From NCBI GenBank assembly GCA_013265495.1, contig MU058221.1:2108001-2172000 (forward strand): DNA of 64,000 nt, written 5' to 3'. The notes below the pieces were generated by a model. It was not told the DNA's origin and made no database searches. It saw only the letters and a program-made list of their open reading frames with translations. This DNA is from Vicugna vicugna (lineage: Eukaryota). Below, piece after piece: positions 49,316 through 62,689 of this stretch. Within the stretch, counting starts at the first letter, position 1; each line of letters starts with the position of its first letter. The translations under genes were made by a program, and so were the position numbers.

Positions 49316-52077
49316 CTGACTCACCGATGTGCTTAAGCGACGTGTTCAGGATGCCCGCCCACTGAGCTCTCTGAGAGGCCAGTTTCTGCTTGAAGAAACT
49401 CGAGACCTGACCACTTCAAAAGTGAGACGTTATTCTTCTTAGTTTAAGTAATTGAACCTTACGTTAGGCGATGGTCAGAGGTGGCTCTGTAGGAGGACGG
49501 TGGGAAGCCGCGTACTCCTCACATACAGAATGCCTCATGTTCACCTCCTAATTCGTGTCTATTTTTAAAAAGGGCAGTCTGTATCCTTGTGGGTGGATGT
49601 CTTAAGATACCAATTATTCAAAAATAAGTAAGACATGTTGTCCTAAAAGCAGGGTAAGGTGTAAGTGGCCTTGTTCCACCATTTAATGGCCCCGGGTCGT
49701 GATGGGAGTCTGTCTGTTTCAGTGCCCCCTGATGATCGTTGACTTTGTGAGTGAAGGATTCCAAAGCACAAGTCCTTCGTTCAGGAGACGAGCCCAGGAA
49801 TCAGTAGGGAACGGGACGCAGAGATGGACGAGGGCAGGGAGCCAGCCTCAGCTCCTGATGTCTGGGAGCCTCTGGGACGCCGTGTGAAGCCCGTCTTGGA
49901 GGCGCCCTGCCGGGAGGCCTAAGGCAAGCAGGGTGTTTGTCCAGGGTGTTACCGGTTTCTCTCTGTCGCTGGTTATAGGCTGGTAGAGGTTGGCTTTATT
50001 CCACCTGAAATCCAGAGAAGTCCCAGGACAAGAGGCCTGGGGCTGACCCGGGAGCGGCACACAGGGCTGGAAGCGCTCAGGACAGACACGGCCGGGCTCG
50101 GCAGCGTCTGGTGGGCCGTAGAGGGTGAGCGCGTCGGGGGGGGGGCAGGCCAGTCCCCTAAAAGGGGAAGTGGGGTAGACTCTCCAAAAAACCCGAATCA
50201 AAACCGAAAACGGAATCTTGGGACTCCCTAGGGGAAACTGTCTGCTTCCCAGTGCCGTCGGGCGTGATCCTGGCTCTCCTGATCCAGGAGCATTTATTTA
50301 ACGTTCACCTGCACTTGTCACTGTCGTCCACCCCAGGACAGTAATGACAGCAATATGGCTCCTGACCTGAGGTGTCTGACAAGCTGGTCTGGAAGCGGGA
50401 AGCAGAAAGCTCGAGCTCCGGGCTTCCATTCAGAATGACAGACGCAGGCAGTGCAAGGCGGGACCCTGGTGTTCGTGGAGGCTGCAGACTAATGCAGCCT
50501 GCCCAGGTTTGATCCGATGCCATTCCTGTGACCGGGACTGGCGCTTCCCAGAAACTTAGCAAGGGTGTTTTAACAGTGTGAGTTTCCAGAGTTATTTTAG
50601 TATTCTGCCCTGCCAGAATAGCATGCTTGGTATATATAAAATGTATTTATATTTTATTTTATATATATAAATGTATATGGATGTAATTTTCTATGTAAAC
50701 TTTATATAAATATATAAACTTGTTTATATATTTACATATAATACTTGTGTACTTTTTGAAATACTAGAATTATTAATTCATGGTCATTGAAAAAGGTGCT
50801 CATGGTGACCGGCTTGTCTTGAATACTTTTAAGTCACACGTGTGACCTGCCGCCCCTCCTCCACTCCTCCTTTTGCTCTGTTAAATGTGCAGTGTTGAAA
50901 ATCATAAATCACTCTGTCCTTTTAATCCATATGAACCTAACAGGCCAAATGGCTGCACTTTGCTTAATTATTTTATAAAAAAATAAAATTCTGTTTTCTC
51001 CTTACAAACAAACAAGTTTCTCACCGTAAATTTAGAAGAGCTGTGAACTTTGGTTTCAGTCCTTAGACTAAAAAATATTTAAATAAATTTGGGAATAAGT
51101 GAAATAAGAAAAACATCTATTTTTTTCTCCTTGAAGTGCATCACAGTTACATTTTAAATTGTTTTTCGTCTAATTCCCTTGAGCCGCCTCCAGTGTGATA
51201 ATGCTCACCACGTTCCCCTTGTAAGCCTTTGTGTCATTCAGCCGCTTAACTGGAACAGCCCGATTGCTTTTCAAATTCAAATCTCTCTTTTTCTCAATCT
51301 CTCTCTCCCTTTTTTTTTTTTCCAGTGTTTTGGATAAATAAGGTATTTTCTGCCTGTGTTGCTTCGCATAGCTTGAGAGGCACTGAATGCTTCCCATATT
51401 GTTCTCTTAATACAGTTTGACTCCAGAGTCGTCTGGGGAAGTGCGGTAACTCGCTGGGCAGTCGCGGGCTTCCCTCCGAGAGTCTGTGGCGAGATGGCTG
51501 GTGATGCAGCTGTTTGTGGTGCTTCGTTCCTCCGATTCCTCCTGTCCCTTCACTGGATGGAGTCTCTTTGGTCCTCCTTATTCATCCCCTGAGAATATAC
51601 ATTTTTAAAATCGTCACCAGAGAGATTTCAACCTTCTAACCTCCAATTAAAAAACAAAACAGAAGTTGGCATTCTGACGTTTCTTTTCATTCCCTCCTTC
51701 CTTCTTGTCGCCTCTGATTCGTTTCAGATATTCCAGTAAATTTCAGGCAGATGGTTAACAGTCTCTGCATTTTGTTTGCTTTCGGTTTCTTGTTGACATT
51801 TGACATTTCTGGGTTTGTTTTTTTTCCCCCAATAATCTTCTCAGGCTATGAAAGTACACTGTAGTTCACTCAATCCTGAAAGCCATTGGCTTTTCCTCAA
51901 GATTTGGCCCTCAAATAAAGTGCTTAGAGTCATTTTCCTGTTAAGCTTTTCAGTTTGGGTTTGTACCCCCTCACCCTGTGACACCCTCCGCATCAAGCCA
52001 TTTATAAGACACGCAGGTTCTGAAATGGCCTGCACTGCCCCTGGCCAAGCTCGAGGTGCGGCAGCTGGTGAGAGGAG

Positions 52078-52185
52078 GCACTCCGCACTGCCCGGGGGAC
52101 GTGCTCCCGCCCTGCCCGGAGGTGAAGTGCTCCCGCACTGCCCCGGGGGATGTGCTCCCGCCCGGCCTGGGGGAAGTGCTCCCGC
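52078..52185 (+). repeat. GC-rich ~24-bp minisatellite (GTGCTCCCGCMCTGCCCGGGGGAN), ~4.5 copies
   Basis: Repeated gtgctcccgc(a/c)ctgccc(c)ggggga units. Confidence 0.85.
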
Positions 52186-52916
52186 TGTTACCTGAGACAA
52201 GGCGTGATTAGGCCCCTGTGGGGAACGTGCTGCCTCAGTCGAGGCCGCCTTGATTTCTGTAAAGCAGTGACTAATCCAGTGCTCTCAACTGCCTGGCAGA
52301 TTTGTCACATTCACCAAGCTTGCATCTGCTTTTTCCTTAACGACCGCCAGAGGAACTGATTTCTGTGGCAGCTAAATTACAGACACACTTTCTGTCTTCG
52401 ATATTATTCCATTTACATCAACACGGCCCATCTTGTGTCTCCCTCTACCTGCCATGAACCTGGCAGCTTCTGGCCATTATGTTTATACAGATAATTCAGG
52501 CATTGGCTGCATCATGCGTTGTTTTGCTGGAAGAGACCTTGAGAGGCACTGGGCCTTGGCCCTTTGTCTTCACAGGCATCTAAACAAAAGCAGGCCTGTC
52601 CGCGATGTTGTTTCAGCCTCCAGTCACAGCACGTGCATCCCTGAGTTAGTGCACGTTAAGGGGGGAGCGCTTGTCAAGGGCACCGTGTGTGCCCGCACCG
52701 GGCCTCACTCACGGTGGTGGTTCAGCAGCTCTGGTGCCAGGTGTGACCGTGTCGGCAGTGTGTCCGCCGTTTCTCCGTCAGCCATCACATTTTCACTCTC
52801 CTTGGAATTTTAAATCTTTTTTTGTCCTTTTATTGCTGCTGATGGCAGCCATCCCCTTTTCCTGGTTTTGCTCTTGGGAAATAAAGCCGCCTTAAACCTT
52901 AGCCAGCATTAAACCC

Positions 52917-53563
52917 TGAGCGTGGCGGGCGACTAGGTTCTTGTCCCGCCCCAGAAAGAATTCAGAGACGAGACGCACAGGTGAAGAAAGTAAAGTGAGG
53001 ATTTATCAAGGGATGGACAGTATGATCTCAAGGGGAGAGCGGGCAGGCTCAGGGGAGCAGCTGCCCGGAGTTTCTCTGGCAAGTTGGTCACAGAGGGTGT
53101 AAAACTGAATGGGCGGAATATTCAGTGAGGAGGGAAGGGTTTGGGGTCACATTCCCTGATTTTCATCCCAACTCCGCCTTCCCAAAGGGAGGAGGGAATT
53201 TTGTCCTTATTTAGTCTGGATCGGAAGTCTCACGGCACCAGTGCATGATGGGTACTTCTGACCTGCAAGGCTAATTTTACTAAAATGAGGGCGTGATGAG
53301 CAAAAGGTTACATTTGGACTCTTGAGATTCCTGCGTTTTCCCACCTCTTTTTGTTGGCCTCCAGGCCACTCATCACCCCAAAAGGTGTGGCCCCTTGTCA
53401 GCCCAGAGGTTCCTGCTTTCCTTCCTCTGCCCAGGGACCCCTGGAGCTTATATGATGTGTGGTTTCCTGCATTTGGCCTGGGCCCCTCCTTTCTGCCCAG
53501 GTCCTGCCGTTTGGCCTGTGTCCCCCTTTCTCTGCTCACGTCTAGCTCTCTGCCTGCTCTAAC
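52917..53563 (-). mobile_element. ERV1-class solo LTR, well preserved
   Basis: tgagcgtggcgggcgactaggttcttgtc..cagaaagaattcagagacgagac..aagtaaagtgaggatttat..gcggaatattca..ctgcctgctctaac. Confidence 0.75.
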
Positions 53564-54289
53564 GTATTGAGAATATTATTTGTAACTACCATATTTTAAA
53601 AAATAATTTTGCGTCATCTTTGCTGACACGTGAGGGACCCTGCCTTACTTTGACTGTGGTCGTGGGTCACGTTTCCAGTGGAACGGGAGGAAGGTTAACA
53701 TTCACTGACCTCCCGTAGTCGTCATCCTTCCGTTTTTCGCTCTCTACACTTGCCTTCAACTTCAGGAAACCGATGTGCTAAGATGGGGTCTCCTTTGCTT
53801 AGGGCTTGACGTCGTGGGATTAGAGGGGCCCTGAAATCTCTCTGTTGGCCGACTCGCCCACTGCGGGGCTGAGGAGCTAACTGATGGTGAAGAGCGCGTT
53901 CGTCTTGGACGTTCTCGTCTGCACTCCTTGTTCTTTAGAACCCTAACAGGGAAGTGGCGGAGAAGAGGGTCAGCAGTGGCGGCTGGTCTCTGCCGCCCTG
54001 CAGAGCCATGGCGGAAAGCTATACGCTGCAGGGACAAAGAAAGGAAACCTCATCTTTCTCTCTCGGTGTGGGTACAGGTGCACGCACACACACGTCCTTC
54101 CTGGCCACCCTCACGTATTATTAGAGCTTCCGAAGCGTCCCCCACACACTCACGGTCCCCGGCTCCCTGAAGCGCAGCTCCTTCTTCCTTGAACTGAATG
54201 CCTGATCAGTGGGGTCTCTCTGTAGGTGTTCTGTAGATGACCCTTGTTAGCGAGTCTTTCCAAAAGATAGGGTGCTCGTAAGTAGACGG

Positions 54290-54392
54290 CGAGAATCATG
54301 ACTTCGTCCTGAATATCCAGAACCTGGCAAGTATCTGCCACATAGCAGGTGCTTAATAAATGCTTACTGAATGAATAAACGGATGGGTGAAA
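54290..54392 (+). mobile_element. L2 3' terminus
   Basis: cctggcaagtatctgccacatagcaggtgcttaataaatgcttactgaatgaat. Confidence 0.75.
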
Positions 54393-57300
54393 TGAGATGT
54401 AACTCTTTATCCACTTGACGCACATTTATAGATACAGTCATACCATCAGCCCTACAGACTTAAGGCAGTGCCGACAGCACTGTTGCTCTCCTGCCTCCGA
54501 CTCCCCACATTCTCCTCATCCTTAAGACTGCGTGCCACCCTGTGCGACATCTTCCCCTCTCAAGGTTGATGTTCGTTTTAACCTTATTTCACTTATTTTT
54601 AAAATGTACTTTTGAGTTGGAAGGAAGGAGGGCTGTCTGAGATCCATCAAGACCCTAGCGACAAGCTGTCGATCACACAAGTGAAGAAAGCTTTGAGGAG
54701 CACGTTTTGCCAGTCTGTCTGTCTGAATGTAGGGTTTGGAGTTATCTTAAATCAGTTCTGTTTGTTACCTATTGCTGCATCCTCCCACCGAACAAATCTA
54801 TTTTTGTTGGCTGTGTTTTGTGCCAGTTGATACACTGGTGTTGATTTAGACGTGGTCCTTCTGTGAGCTCTCTTAATATTGGAGCCAGAACGATGGTGAC
54901 ACAGATGCCTCCTGTCAGTTCAGCAGGGAAGACACATGGCTATAATCACATTGAAGAAACTGCCATTTCTCTGTGATGACTGCAAAATCAATGGCAGTTC
55001 AGAGAATAAAGCAAAGACTGCCACTTCCACCCTAGAATCTGATCATTCTGGTTTTTTTTCTACCCTCAAACTGGTGAAGAAAATCAGTTTTCTCCATGGT
55101 GTATTTTAAAATAGAGCTGAATTAAGCTGTAGTTTTATTGCAGTGTTTACCACGTTCGCGATACCAATTACTTGGAACATCTTCTTGTTCTGTTTCTAAT
55201 TTTGAAATGTTATCGGTAGTTTTCTATCCTTAATCCACTTTTCTCATTATGAGAATTGCTCCTGCGCTTTGTTTAACCAAAAAGACTCCTTCAGAAGAAG
55301 CTAGGTTGACTTGTTACTTTACAGCGTAGCAATTTCAGGCGCAGTTCATTTGTCTGCAGCCTGTAAGATGCAAATTATATGTGCCTTTTTTAAAATACTT
55401 CCTGTTTGCTTTTTTTTTATATTTATATCTAAGCTGGTTGAAATCAGAGGTGCAAGTATTGTCTAGTTGTACTAATGACACTGTACTAATGGCAGAGATG
55501 CCGTGGGAACTTACAAGTATGTTTGCACCTGAGCATAGTATCAGGACATCCAAACTGGTATAAAAAGGCTTAAATTACATGGACTGACTGGGGGACAGTC
55601 TGTTGTGAATTTGTGAAACCACACAAAAATAGAAGGTTTCTGAAGAATGTGCTACAAGGGTAAATTGCACATTGAAACTCAGTCAAGAGACCTCCTTCTG
55701 GCCTAGACTCTGGGTGCATCGGCTGTGTGACCTTGAGCAAGCCACGTACAGTCCTTGATACTTTTTCTTTTCTCCCCTGAAACTAAGAGGTTGGGCTCCA
55801 CCAGTGAGCTCACACTCAGTCTCTTTCAAGTGTACGTAGTAATTTAGGTCTTGAAACAGATCCGAGTGGCTTGGTATCAGTTGCTCTCTGTCTCACCAGT
55901 TTGCTTTCACAACATGCCAGAAACCAGATTTGTTCCTCCAGGGGTGATGGGCAGTGCTTTTCTTTTTTTTAATGTTTACTCTACTCCTTTGCGTTAACGT
56001 TTGTAAAAGGCGAACACGTCATCCCGACCTGGATGACTAGTGAAGCGGTTTGCAAAAGGAGGCGGAGCCGCTCGCCCATTTCTGTGGGTTGCCATGTTCG
56101 TAGCCTGGCGGCAGCGCTGGTTCTCAGGCAATGGCCGATGGATGCTTGCTTTGTTATTTCCTTTCTCCTTGAAGGATATTTGAAAAAAAAAACTCCTGAG
56201 GTTTATCCTGTCGAAGAGGGGATTTGATTTTTATGTGTGCTTCAGGAGAACATATGGAAGACTAAAATAGTTGAAGAAAAATATTTTAACAATCAGAGCT
56301 ATCTCAAATTGGCATGGCTTCCTACGGAGGCAGAGGGTTCCTGTCTCAGAGGGCACACCTGGATTTGCATCTGCTAAGATTTAGGCTGCATGATGTCCCC
56401 AAAGTATTTTTGAAAATTTCCAGAATAAAAGAAGATTTTTAAAAATGAGAGTTTTTGTCTTGATAGTGTTTCCATTTTTTTAATGAAGACACCTAGGCAG
56501 AAAAATAAAATTTTCTGATGGGCTGTTAATTGTTAACTTAAATCTTACAACAGTTACTTAGAAACTGACAAAGAAAAACAGTTTTTAAAATACTGTACAA
56601 ATTACTGAATGTTCCTGTATCAATAAAAGATCACTGAAAATTGGAATTTTAAGCCCAAAGCAGAAAACTTTGATAAACTTCACTTCAATTCTAGGTAGGA
56701 GTTTGGCTCTGGACTCACCCAATTCTAGGTTTGTATCTTATTTCTGCCCTTTTCCATCCTTCATGAATTTGGATGTTCATTCCTCAGCCTACCACCAGTT
56801 TCCTAGTCTGCCTTTTTTTACACAGTATCTTAATTAGCAAGAGGAAACCAGGGTGTCCTCTGTGTTTGCATGTTGAGACGGTGAGCCGTCTCATTCAGAG
56901 TTAGATGACAGCGTTTTTGACGATCATATTCTCTCTGCTGTTCAGTCTAGGTTCCAGTTGTGACAGTTTTTCTTTGCTCAACACATTAAAAGGTTTTCGA
57001 AATCACATTTTAACTACCAGGTGCCATGTTCTCAGTCTGCTCACATTTCAGTGGGCTTTGATTTGTAGTCATGGTTGTACTAGAATAAAGATGCTGATCA
57101 ATAGAAGCATTTATTGACTTACAAATATAAAGAGGTCAGTGGTCTGCTTTTGATAGAAAGACTTGCCTTGCAGATACAGGGGTTATTGAAATTTTGAATT
57201 TATAGAAAAGATAATTTACTGAGTGCTTATTTGCTTTACAAGCTAACTAGTTATTTCAGAAACACTTTCACTGCACAGTGCAATTTACATGTTCATCAAT

Positions 57301-57774
57301 TTGTTTTCTCTTTATCTTTATATACGTATTAAGTGACGCTGGATTCAGCATTGATCCTCTGCACTCCATTTTTCTTTTAGGCTTAGCCATCACTGTTTAC
57401 TGTTCCCAAGTTTATGGTTTTCTGCTGCCTTTGAGCAAGGCAGTAATTACCATTGTACGCAGTGTGGCTCTTGCTGCGTTTAACAGGTCCTTGCCAGGGT
57501 CCCGAGACCTTTGCATAAGAACCAGAACCAGCGCCAGTTTGAAAAGCCAAGCACCAGCACCATTTTGGGGGAGGGCTGAGTGTACATTCTGCCTTAGAGC
57601 AATATGCTTTTTATTAGGCAAATGTTTTCTTGCTTCTACATTATTATGTACACAAGCACTGAAGTCAACCACAAAATGGACTTCCAAACCTTTGACCAGG
57701 AGTTCTCCCACCATTATTGTCATGTTGGAGAGGATCTCGGTGACAGTGGTAGCGGTGGTGGTAATGGTGATGAC

Positions 57775-58010
57775 GGGTGGAGCCCATTTACTCGTAAGGT
57801 CTTGTGCTGGGCACCTTGAGTGGATTACCTTTCATTCACTTTAGCCCTAGTGACAGTCTGCCAGGTAGCCATCGCTGTGTTCACCCCTCTTTTACACTTG
57901 TGGAGACTAAAACACGGAAGTTAAATAATCACCGGTCTCTCATATCTCATAACAGTTGGGGAGGAGTCGGGATGTGATCCGTGGTGTCTGTGACTTTGAA
58001 GGTGTAACTG
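57775..58010 (-). mobile_element. MIR SINE
   Basis: catttact..tgtgctgggcac..tcattcac..ccctcttttacac..ggagactaaaacacggaagttaaataa..gggatgtgatcc..tctgtgactttgaag. Confidence 0.65.
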
Positions 58011-59067
58011 CTCTGTTAACCCATGGGTTGATGTGTGTAACGCTTTTAGAAGCACAGTTACGTAAGAAACCTTCATACAGAAGCACTGTGTATACCTGTT
58101 AACTATCACTGGTTCCCCTAAGGCACTTATTTGGAGCTGTTTCTTTCCAGCAGGTGGTGGTGGCTTGAGAGGATCAAAGGCTTGATCACAGAAGCCCAGC
58201 TCTGAGCTTAAGTCTGTGGCCAAGTTAACGAGCTTGAACACAAGCGTATGTACAAGAGCCAGGTGGCTCTGTTGTCCTCTCTTCCCTGCCCCCTCCCCTC
58301 TCCGGCACATGCACGCTGGTTCTTAGCTGAACATTTCAGTCTTATAGAAAAAGCAGCTCCCTGGGGAAGTAGCTGGTTCTGTTCTGATAAACCCGCTTAT
58401 CATTTTGTAATATAGGTTTCCGTTTTATTTTGGTAATCCTAAAACTACAGGGATATCAAGGCGCATTACAGTTAGAGCTGACTTCAGATTGCCTTTTTCC
58501 CTGGGAATCTTTAATACCATGAAATCATTGGTTATCTGCTTCAACTGAGCTTTTAGTTTGAATTTAAATTGGATTACATTGTCTCCTATTTATCTTAGGA
58601 TAATCTCAGAACGTGGCATGAGATTTCCACTGGCAGAGGCACACCTGCTAAAGTGGACCTGCCTCTGTCCCTGCCTCATCCTCCTCCTCCTGGGCGTCTC
58701 CTGAGCCCCCTCCAGGAGTGCCTGCTGTGGCCCCCACGCTGAATAGCTCCACCTGCGAGCCCCGTGCTGTCGTATGTCCTCCACGGGCCTTGAAGCAGTA
58801 CTGCTGACCGGGTAGTCAGCATCTGGGTGACGTGAACGAGGTGGAGGGGGTGCGACTGGGCTTCCTCTTAGGGCCCCTTTCCCCCGCTGAGAACAGCCCT
58901 ACCCGGGGAGCCCACTCTTCCTCGCGAGACATGGCGCACCCCAACTCGGCCTGAAGAATTTGGGGTCAACCACGTGTCTCCCTAGGTTTACCTACAGAAG
59001 AACTCCCCCCCCGCCTTGAGTCAGTGGATCCGTGCCAACAGCAGCTGATTTACCTGTTAACACTGTA

Positions 59068-59585
59068 CGTTACCAGGTTTTAAGCTCACTCCGCTCGCCA
59101 CAGGACAGGCCAGTAAATCAGGAGACGGGGTGTTGGGGCAAGGAATAGCGACTTTATCTGGAAAGCTGGCAGACAGAGAAGATGGGGGACTAATGTCCTG
59201 GAGAACCATCTCCCCCCCAGTTAGAGTTCTTGCTCTTTTTATACTGAAAAGGGAAGAAGATGTGCTTGTTACAAACTTCTCGGTGTTGGAATCCTTTGTT
59301 CTTGCCGCCGTCCACGTGGGTCAGGTCACGGTGTCCCTGTAAACCTCCAGTGAAACATGTTATTTTCTATTCTGCAACTTTTTATCTCTATATGGATGCA
59401 GAAGTGTTATGCCCTAAAAAGGTCGGAGCCTTGAGAACAGGCTCTCCCGTGTATGTCAGGCTCTAGGCAACATTTCGTTTACAAAAGGTGCAGAACCAGC
59501 GAGACGAAGCCCAGGAAACAGGGCGCAGGGTTAAGGCCAAAGGAACAGATCTAGCACGGAGTCAGACTGGTTCTCCTCTGTTACC
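59068..59585 (-). mobile_element. ERV1-class solo LTR (cetartiodactyl type)
   Basis: gttacc..ctcgccacaggacaggccagtaaatc..gtgttggggcaaggaatagcgactttat..gcagacagagaagatgg..tttttatact (TATA on minus strand)..ggagtcagactggttctcctctgttac. Confidence 0.82.
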
Positions 59586-61099
59586 CGTGTACGAGTGCAT
59601 CCATTCTTTATCTGTGTGGCCCTCTCAGTGTTTCGTCAGACTCATCTTCGTGTGAAAGGTCCTCTCTCGCCACGCTCCACAGGGTGAGGACGAGGTAGCT
59701 TCCCCGCACCGCACAGGCGTCTGCTGCTGGGTCTTCTCTGGGAGCTGGGGGGTGGCAGAGGGGAGGCTGGGTAAGCCTGTGGCACGGGTGGGACCCTTGG
59801 GTTGAACATGTGTCTCCTGACTGCCAGCCTCTGCCTAAAAGTTTATTTACTCCTCCAGGGATGCGCATCTTGAGAATTCACCGCGGTGCCAGTCCAAAGA
59901 TGAATTTTAAAATTTCTCCCAGGCTGTCTGTTGCCGTGTATGGAGCTGTTCACGCCTGGGCGTGAAGGCAAAGCTGGCCGGCATGTAACGTGCTTACCAT
60001 AGATGGTGGCCGCTCTGAAAATCCAACAGCACGATGTGTTTCCATACACAGCCGCCCTTCCTAAGTGTAGAAAGGATCACTGTTAGGGTTTAAGTAACTC
60101 TTCACACGGAGGGAATTGCATTATATTGTGATCTGCCTGGAAAATGGTGAGAAGTTTTTTTTTTTCTTTTAATTTTCCCTTGGATCTTAGGATAATTTAC
60201 AGGAGGCACAGATTTTTAGTGATGTAACTGACTTTATTTAAGTGGACTTGGTTTTGATGAATAGATGAGAAGTTGTCACTTGATACATGAAGTCTTGAAT
60301 GAATTGTGTCTCCCTGAATTAAGTAGCCGGTCTGATTAACTCTGCACGTCAGGTGTATGGGAGCTGTGTGTGCTCCGCGGTGTGAAGCTTCCTTACGCTT
60401 TTCCCTGGTCCTCTGCCCCCCACCCCCCGTGGCTGTCCACCCCGTTGATAAGAGGCCAGCCTCTGTGGTTAACGAGCTCTCTCTGTTTCCCACTCCGGGA
60501 CCCCTTTGGGCAAATGTGCACCTGTCTTTTGTGTTGTGTCCATACCCGCCATCCTGGGTTCCATACCCGATCAGCCCCAGATCCGCGCATCTCAATAATG
60601 CCCCCTTCCCCTCTGTACCCTGGTCCACGTCCTCACGACTGCCATCTCTGATAGTAACCACGTTTGCCTGTTTTCTCGCTCTAGTCTTGTCCTTTCCGGT
60701 TTGTTTTATGTAATGCGGCCAAAATAAAAACCTGTTAGTCATCTCCCTCCCTGCTGAGGACACGGTCCGAATCTCCTCCACGGGGTCCCGGCCCCGGCGC
60801 CTCTTCCCCACGCCCCTCCCTGGCTGTGACCTCCCAGTGGCGCCAGCTCCCTGCCCGCCTCGGCGCCCGGCGCCCAGCTCTAGAGCCGCGTGGTGTTCCC
60901 GCCGCCCTGGGCGCCTTTCCCACCTCTGTCTTCCTGGTGGACGCCGTTTGGTTTTTCAAAGCCCATCAGTGTTGACAGCTTCCCGCCAGCCTCACACTAA
61001 ATGAGTAAATCACTTCCTTCTCTCCTTCGCCTGCAATTCTTAATCCTGTGTCCATTTTGGCGCATAATCACTGCATGATGAGTGCGTGTTTACTATGTG

Positions 61100-61255
61100 T
61101 TTCCTCTTTAGGTTGTGAACTCTCTGAGGCCTCTGAGGTCAGGGCGTTCTAGTCACCTTCTGTGACTCTTTGCAAAATTGAAATCTTTGCGATTCCAGAG
61201 CCTCGGTAGAGACTCTGACACCAGTATGTGCTTAATAAGCGTTGGTTGAATCGGT
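61100..61255 (+). mobile_element. L2 3' terminus
   Basis: taggttgtgaactctctgagg..cagggc..tgtgcttaataagcgttggttgaat. Confidence 0.6.
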
Positions 61256-61783
61256 TCGGCTGTCTTGTAAATACCCTCTGTTATTACATTGGAGAACAGC
61301 TCCCTAGCAGTGTTACCAGACCTGGAGTAGCTCCAGTCTGTTGCTGCCTGATTAGCTCAATTAAGAGTGCAGTGTTATGCGGCCAAGGGCTTGCGTTGCA
61401 TCCCCTGTGGAGCAGTTACCTTCTTTCTTGAACCATCAGAAACCAGCTAGCCTAGTGAGCATCACTGGTTCCCAGTGACACGCAGAGTGAGGATGATTAA
61501 GGTCGGGCAATTTCAGCTCAACTCTTGGACAGGCTGAACTCAGCGTGCCCCTTATCGATGCTAAGAGCATCACTTCATGCCTCGTGTTGACCCCTGCACC
61601 TGTCTGTGTGCAGTGATGCACCTGACCGGAAGGGTTCTGCTGCCCTGAGGGAGCCAGAAGCACCCCACACCCCGTCATGGAGGTTTCGCAGTGAGAGCAG
61701 CAGTCACCCGGCCACGGGTCTTTGCGGTCGCCAGCCTCCGAGCCTCCCGTCTACCCACGTGCGTCTCCCTGTCTGTCTTCCAG

Positions 61784-61950
61784 GTGAGACCATGCGCATC
61801 GCCTCGTCGGAGTTTGCGGACGACCCGTGCTCATCCGTGAAGCGTGGCACCATGGTGCGGGCGGCCAGGGCCCTGCTCTCGGCGGTCACGCGCCTGCTCA
61901 TCCTGGCGGACATGGCGGACGTCATGAGGCTCTTGTCGCATCTGAAAATT
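61784..61950 (+). CDS. CTNNA2: Internal coding exon of catenin alpha-2 (alpha-N-catenin), N-terminal beta-catenin-binding/dimerisation region; probably equivalent to human exon 4
   Basis: Translation (G)ETMRIASSEFADDPCSSVKRGTMVRAARALLSAVTRLLILADMADVMRLLSHLKI matches alpha-N-catenin rather than CTNNA1 (as recalled, GDLMKAAAGEF...VYKLLVQLKV). Pyrimidine tract plus AG acceptor (ctccctgtctgtcttccag, ends 61783), GT donor gtacgt at 61951. 167 nt, phase 1 start, phase 0 end. Confidence 0.96.
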
Positions 61951-62689
61951 GTACGTATGTAGAAACTTACCAAAACCTGCTTTGCCGGGGCGCCAACATT
62001 GGCCATGGGTGTGACATCACTGATCGCTACTGGAGACGTTTCGCTGCTCACCAGATCGCTTGGCTACTCACCCGAGGGGTGTCCCCCAGTTTTTCTAATA
62101 CCAACATGGTATCTAATGATTTGCTTTAAAAAGTCAGAAGATTCCCTGAAATTGTTTTCTTCCTCTCAGAACGGAGTCTGGATTCCTCTCTACTCCCTGG
62201 AGTGCAGAACAGTGCTTCTGTCAGGCTGCAGAGGGCCCGCGTGGTGCACCTGCCCTGCCTTGTCCTGACACTCGGGGCGGTGCTGGCCCGTGCGGTGACC
62301 CGGCTCGTCTGGGGAGCTGGCCGCGCTGACCGCCTCTGCCCACCTTGACGTAGATCCCGCGCGGAATTACATTTTATTAACCGTCCCAGCCTCGCCCTTT
62401 TGTAGAATTATGTGCTTTGAACCTTCCTTAGTCTGGCAGCAAAGAGCAGCCGTGCCCGCAGCACTGATGACAAGGCTCAGTCTTGTTGCACCAGGCCCGC
62501 TCTGGGTCTCTGGGCGCGTGTGGGACCCACCGGCCCCTAGGGCCCCTCTGTGTGTGCTCTGCTTGTCAGGGTGCCTTGATTCCTTTTTCTCCTTTTGATT
62601 CTTGAGGTTTCATTTATCTAAATTTAAAAAATTGTATTAGATACAGTTTGAGAAACCATGGAGTTTGGTTCCTTCTAACGCCTTTGTTT

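Larger units (their letters stand above)
1..61783 (+). other. CTNNA2: 3' part (>61 kb) of the large CTNNA2 intron upstream of the exon
   Basis: No other alpha-catenin coding sequence seen upstream in the ORF track or by eye; repeat-rich; CTNNA2 is known for very large introns. Confidence 0.85.

Noticed and set aside
57278..57844. 188-aa hydrophobic ORF resembling a membrane protein
   Set aside because: Hydrophobicity reflects T-rich DNA; starts at a non-ATG codon and ends in a MIR; no family motif.
60197..60811. 204-aa antisense ORF near the exon
   Set aside because: No recognisable domain. It is not the nested LRRTM1 gene, which has leucine-rich repeats and lies in a later CTNNA2 intron.
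61606..61962. The full 118-aa ORF as a standalone gene
   Set aside because: Only 61784-61950 matches alpha-catenin and is bounded by splice sites; the flanks are intronic read-through.
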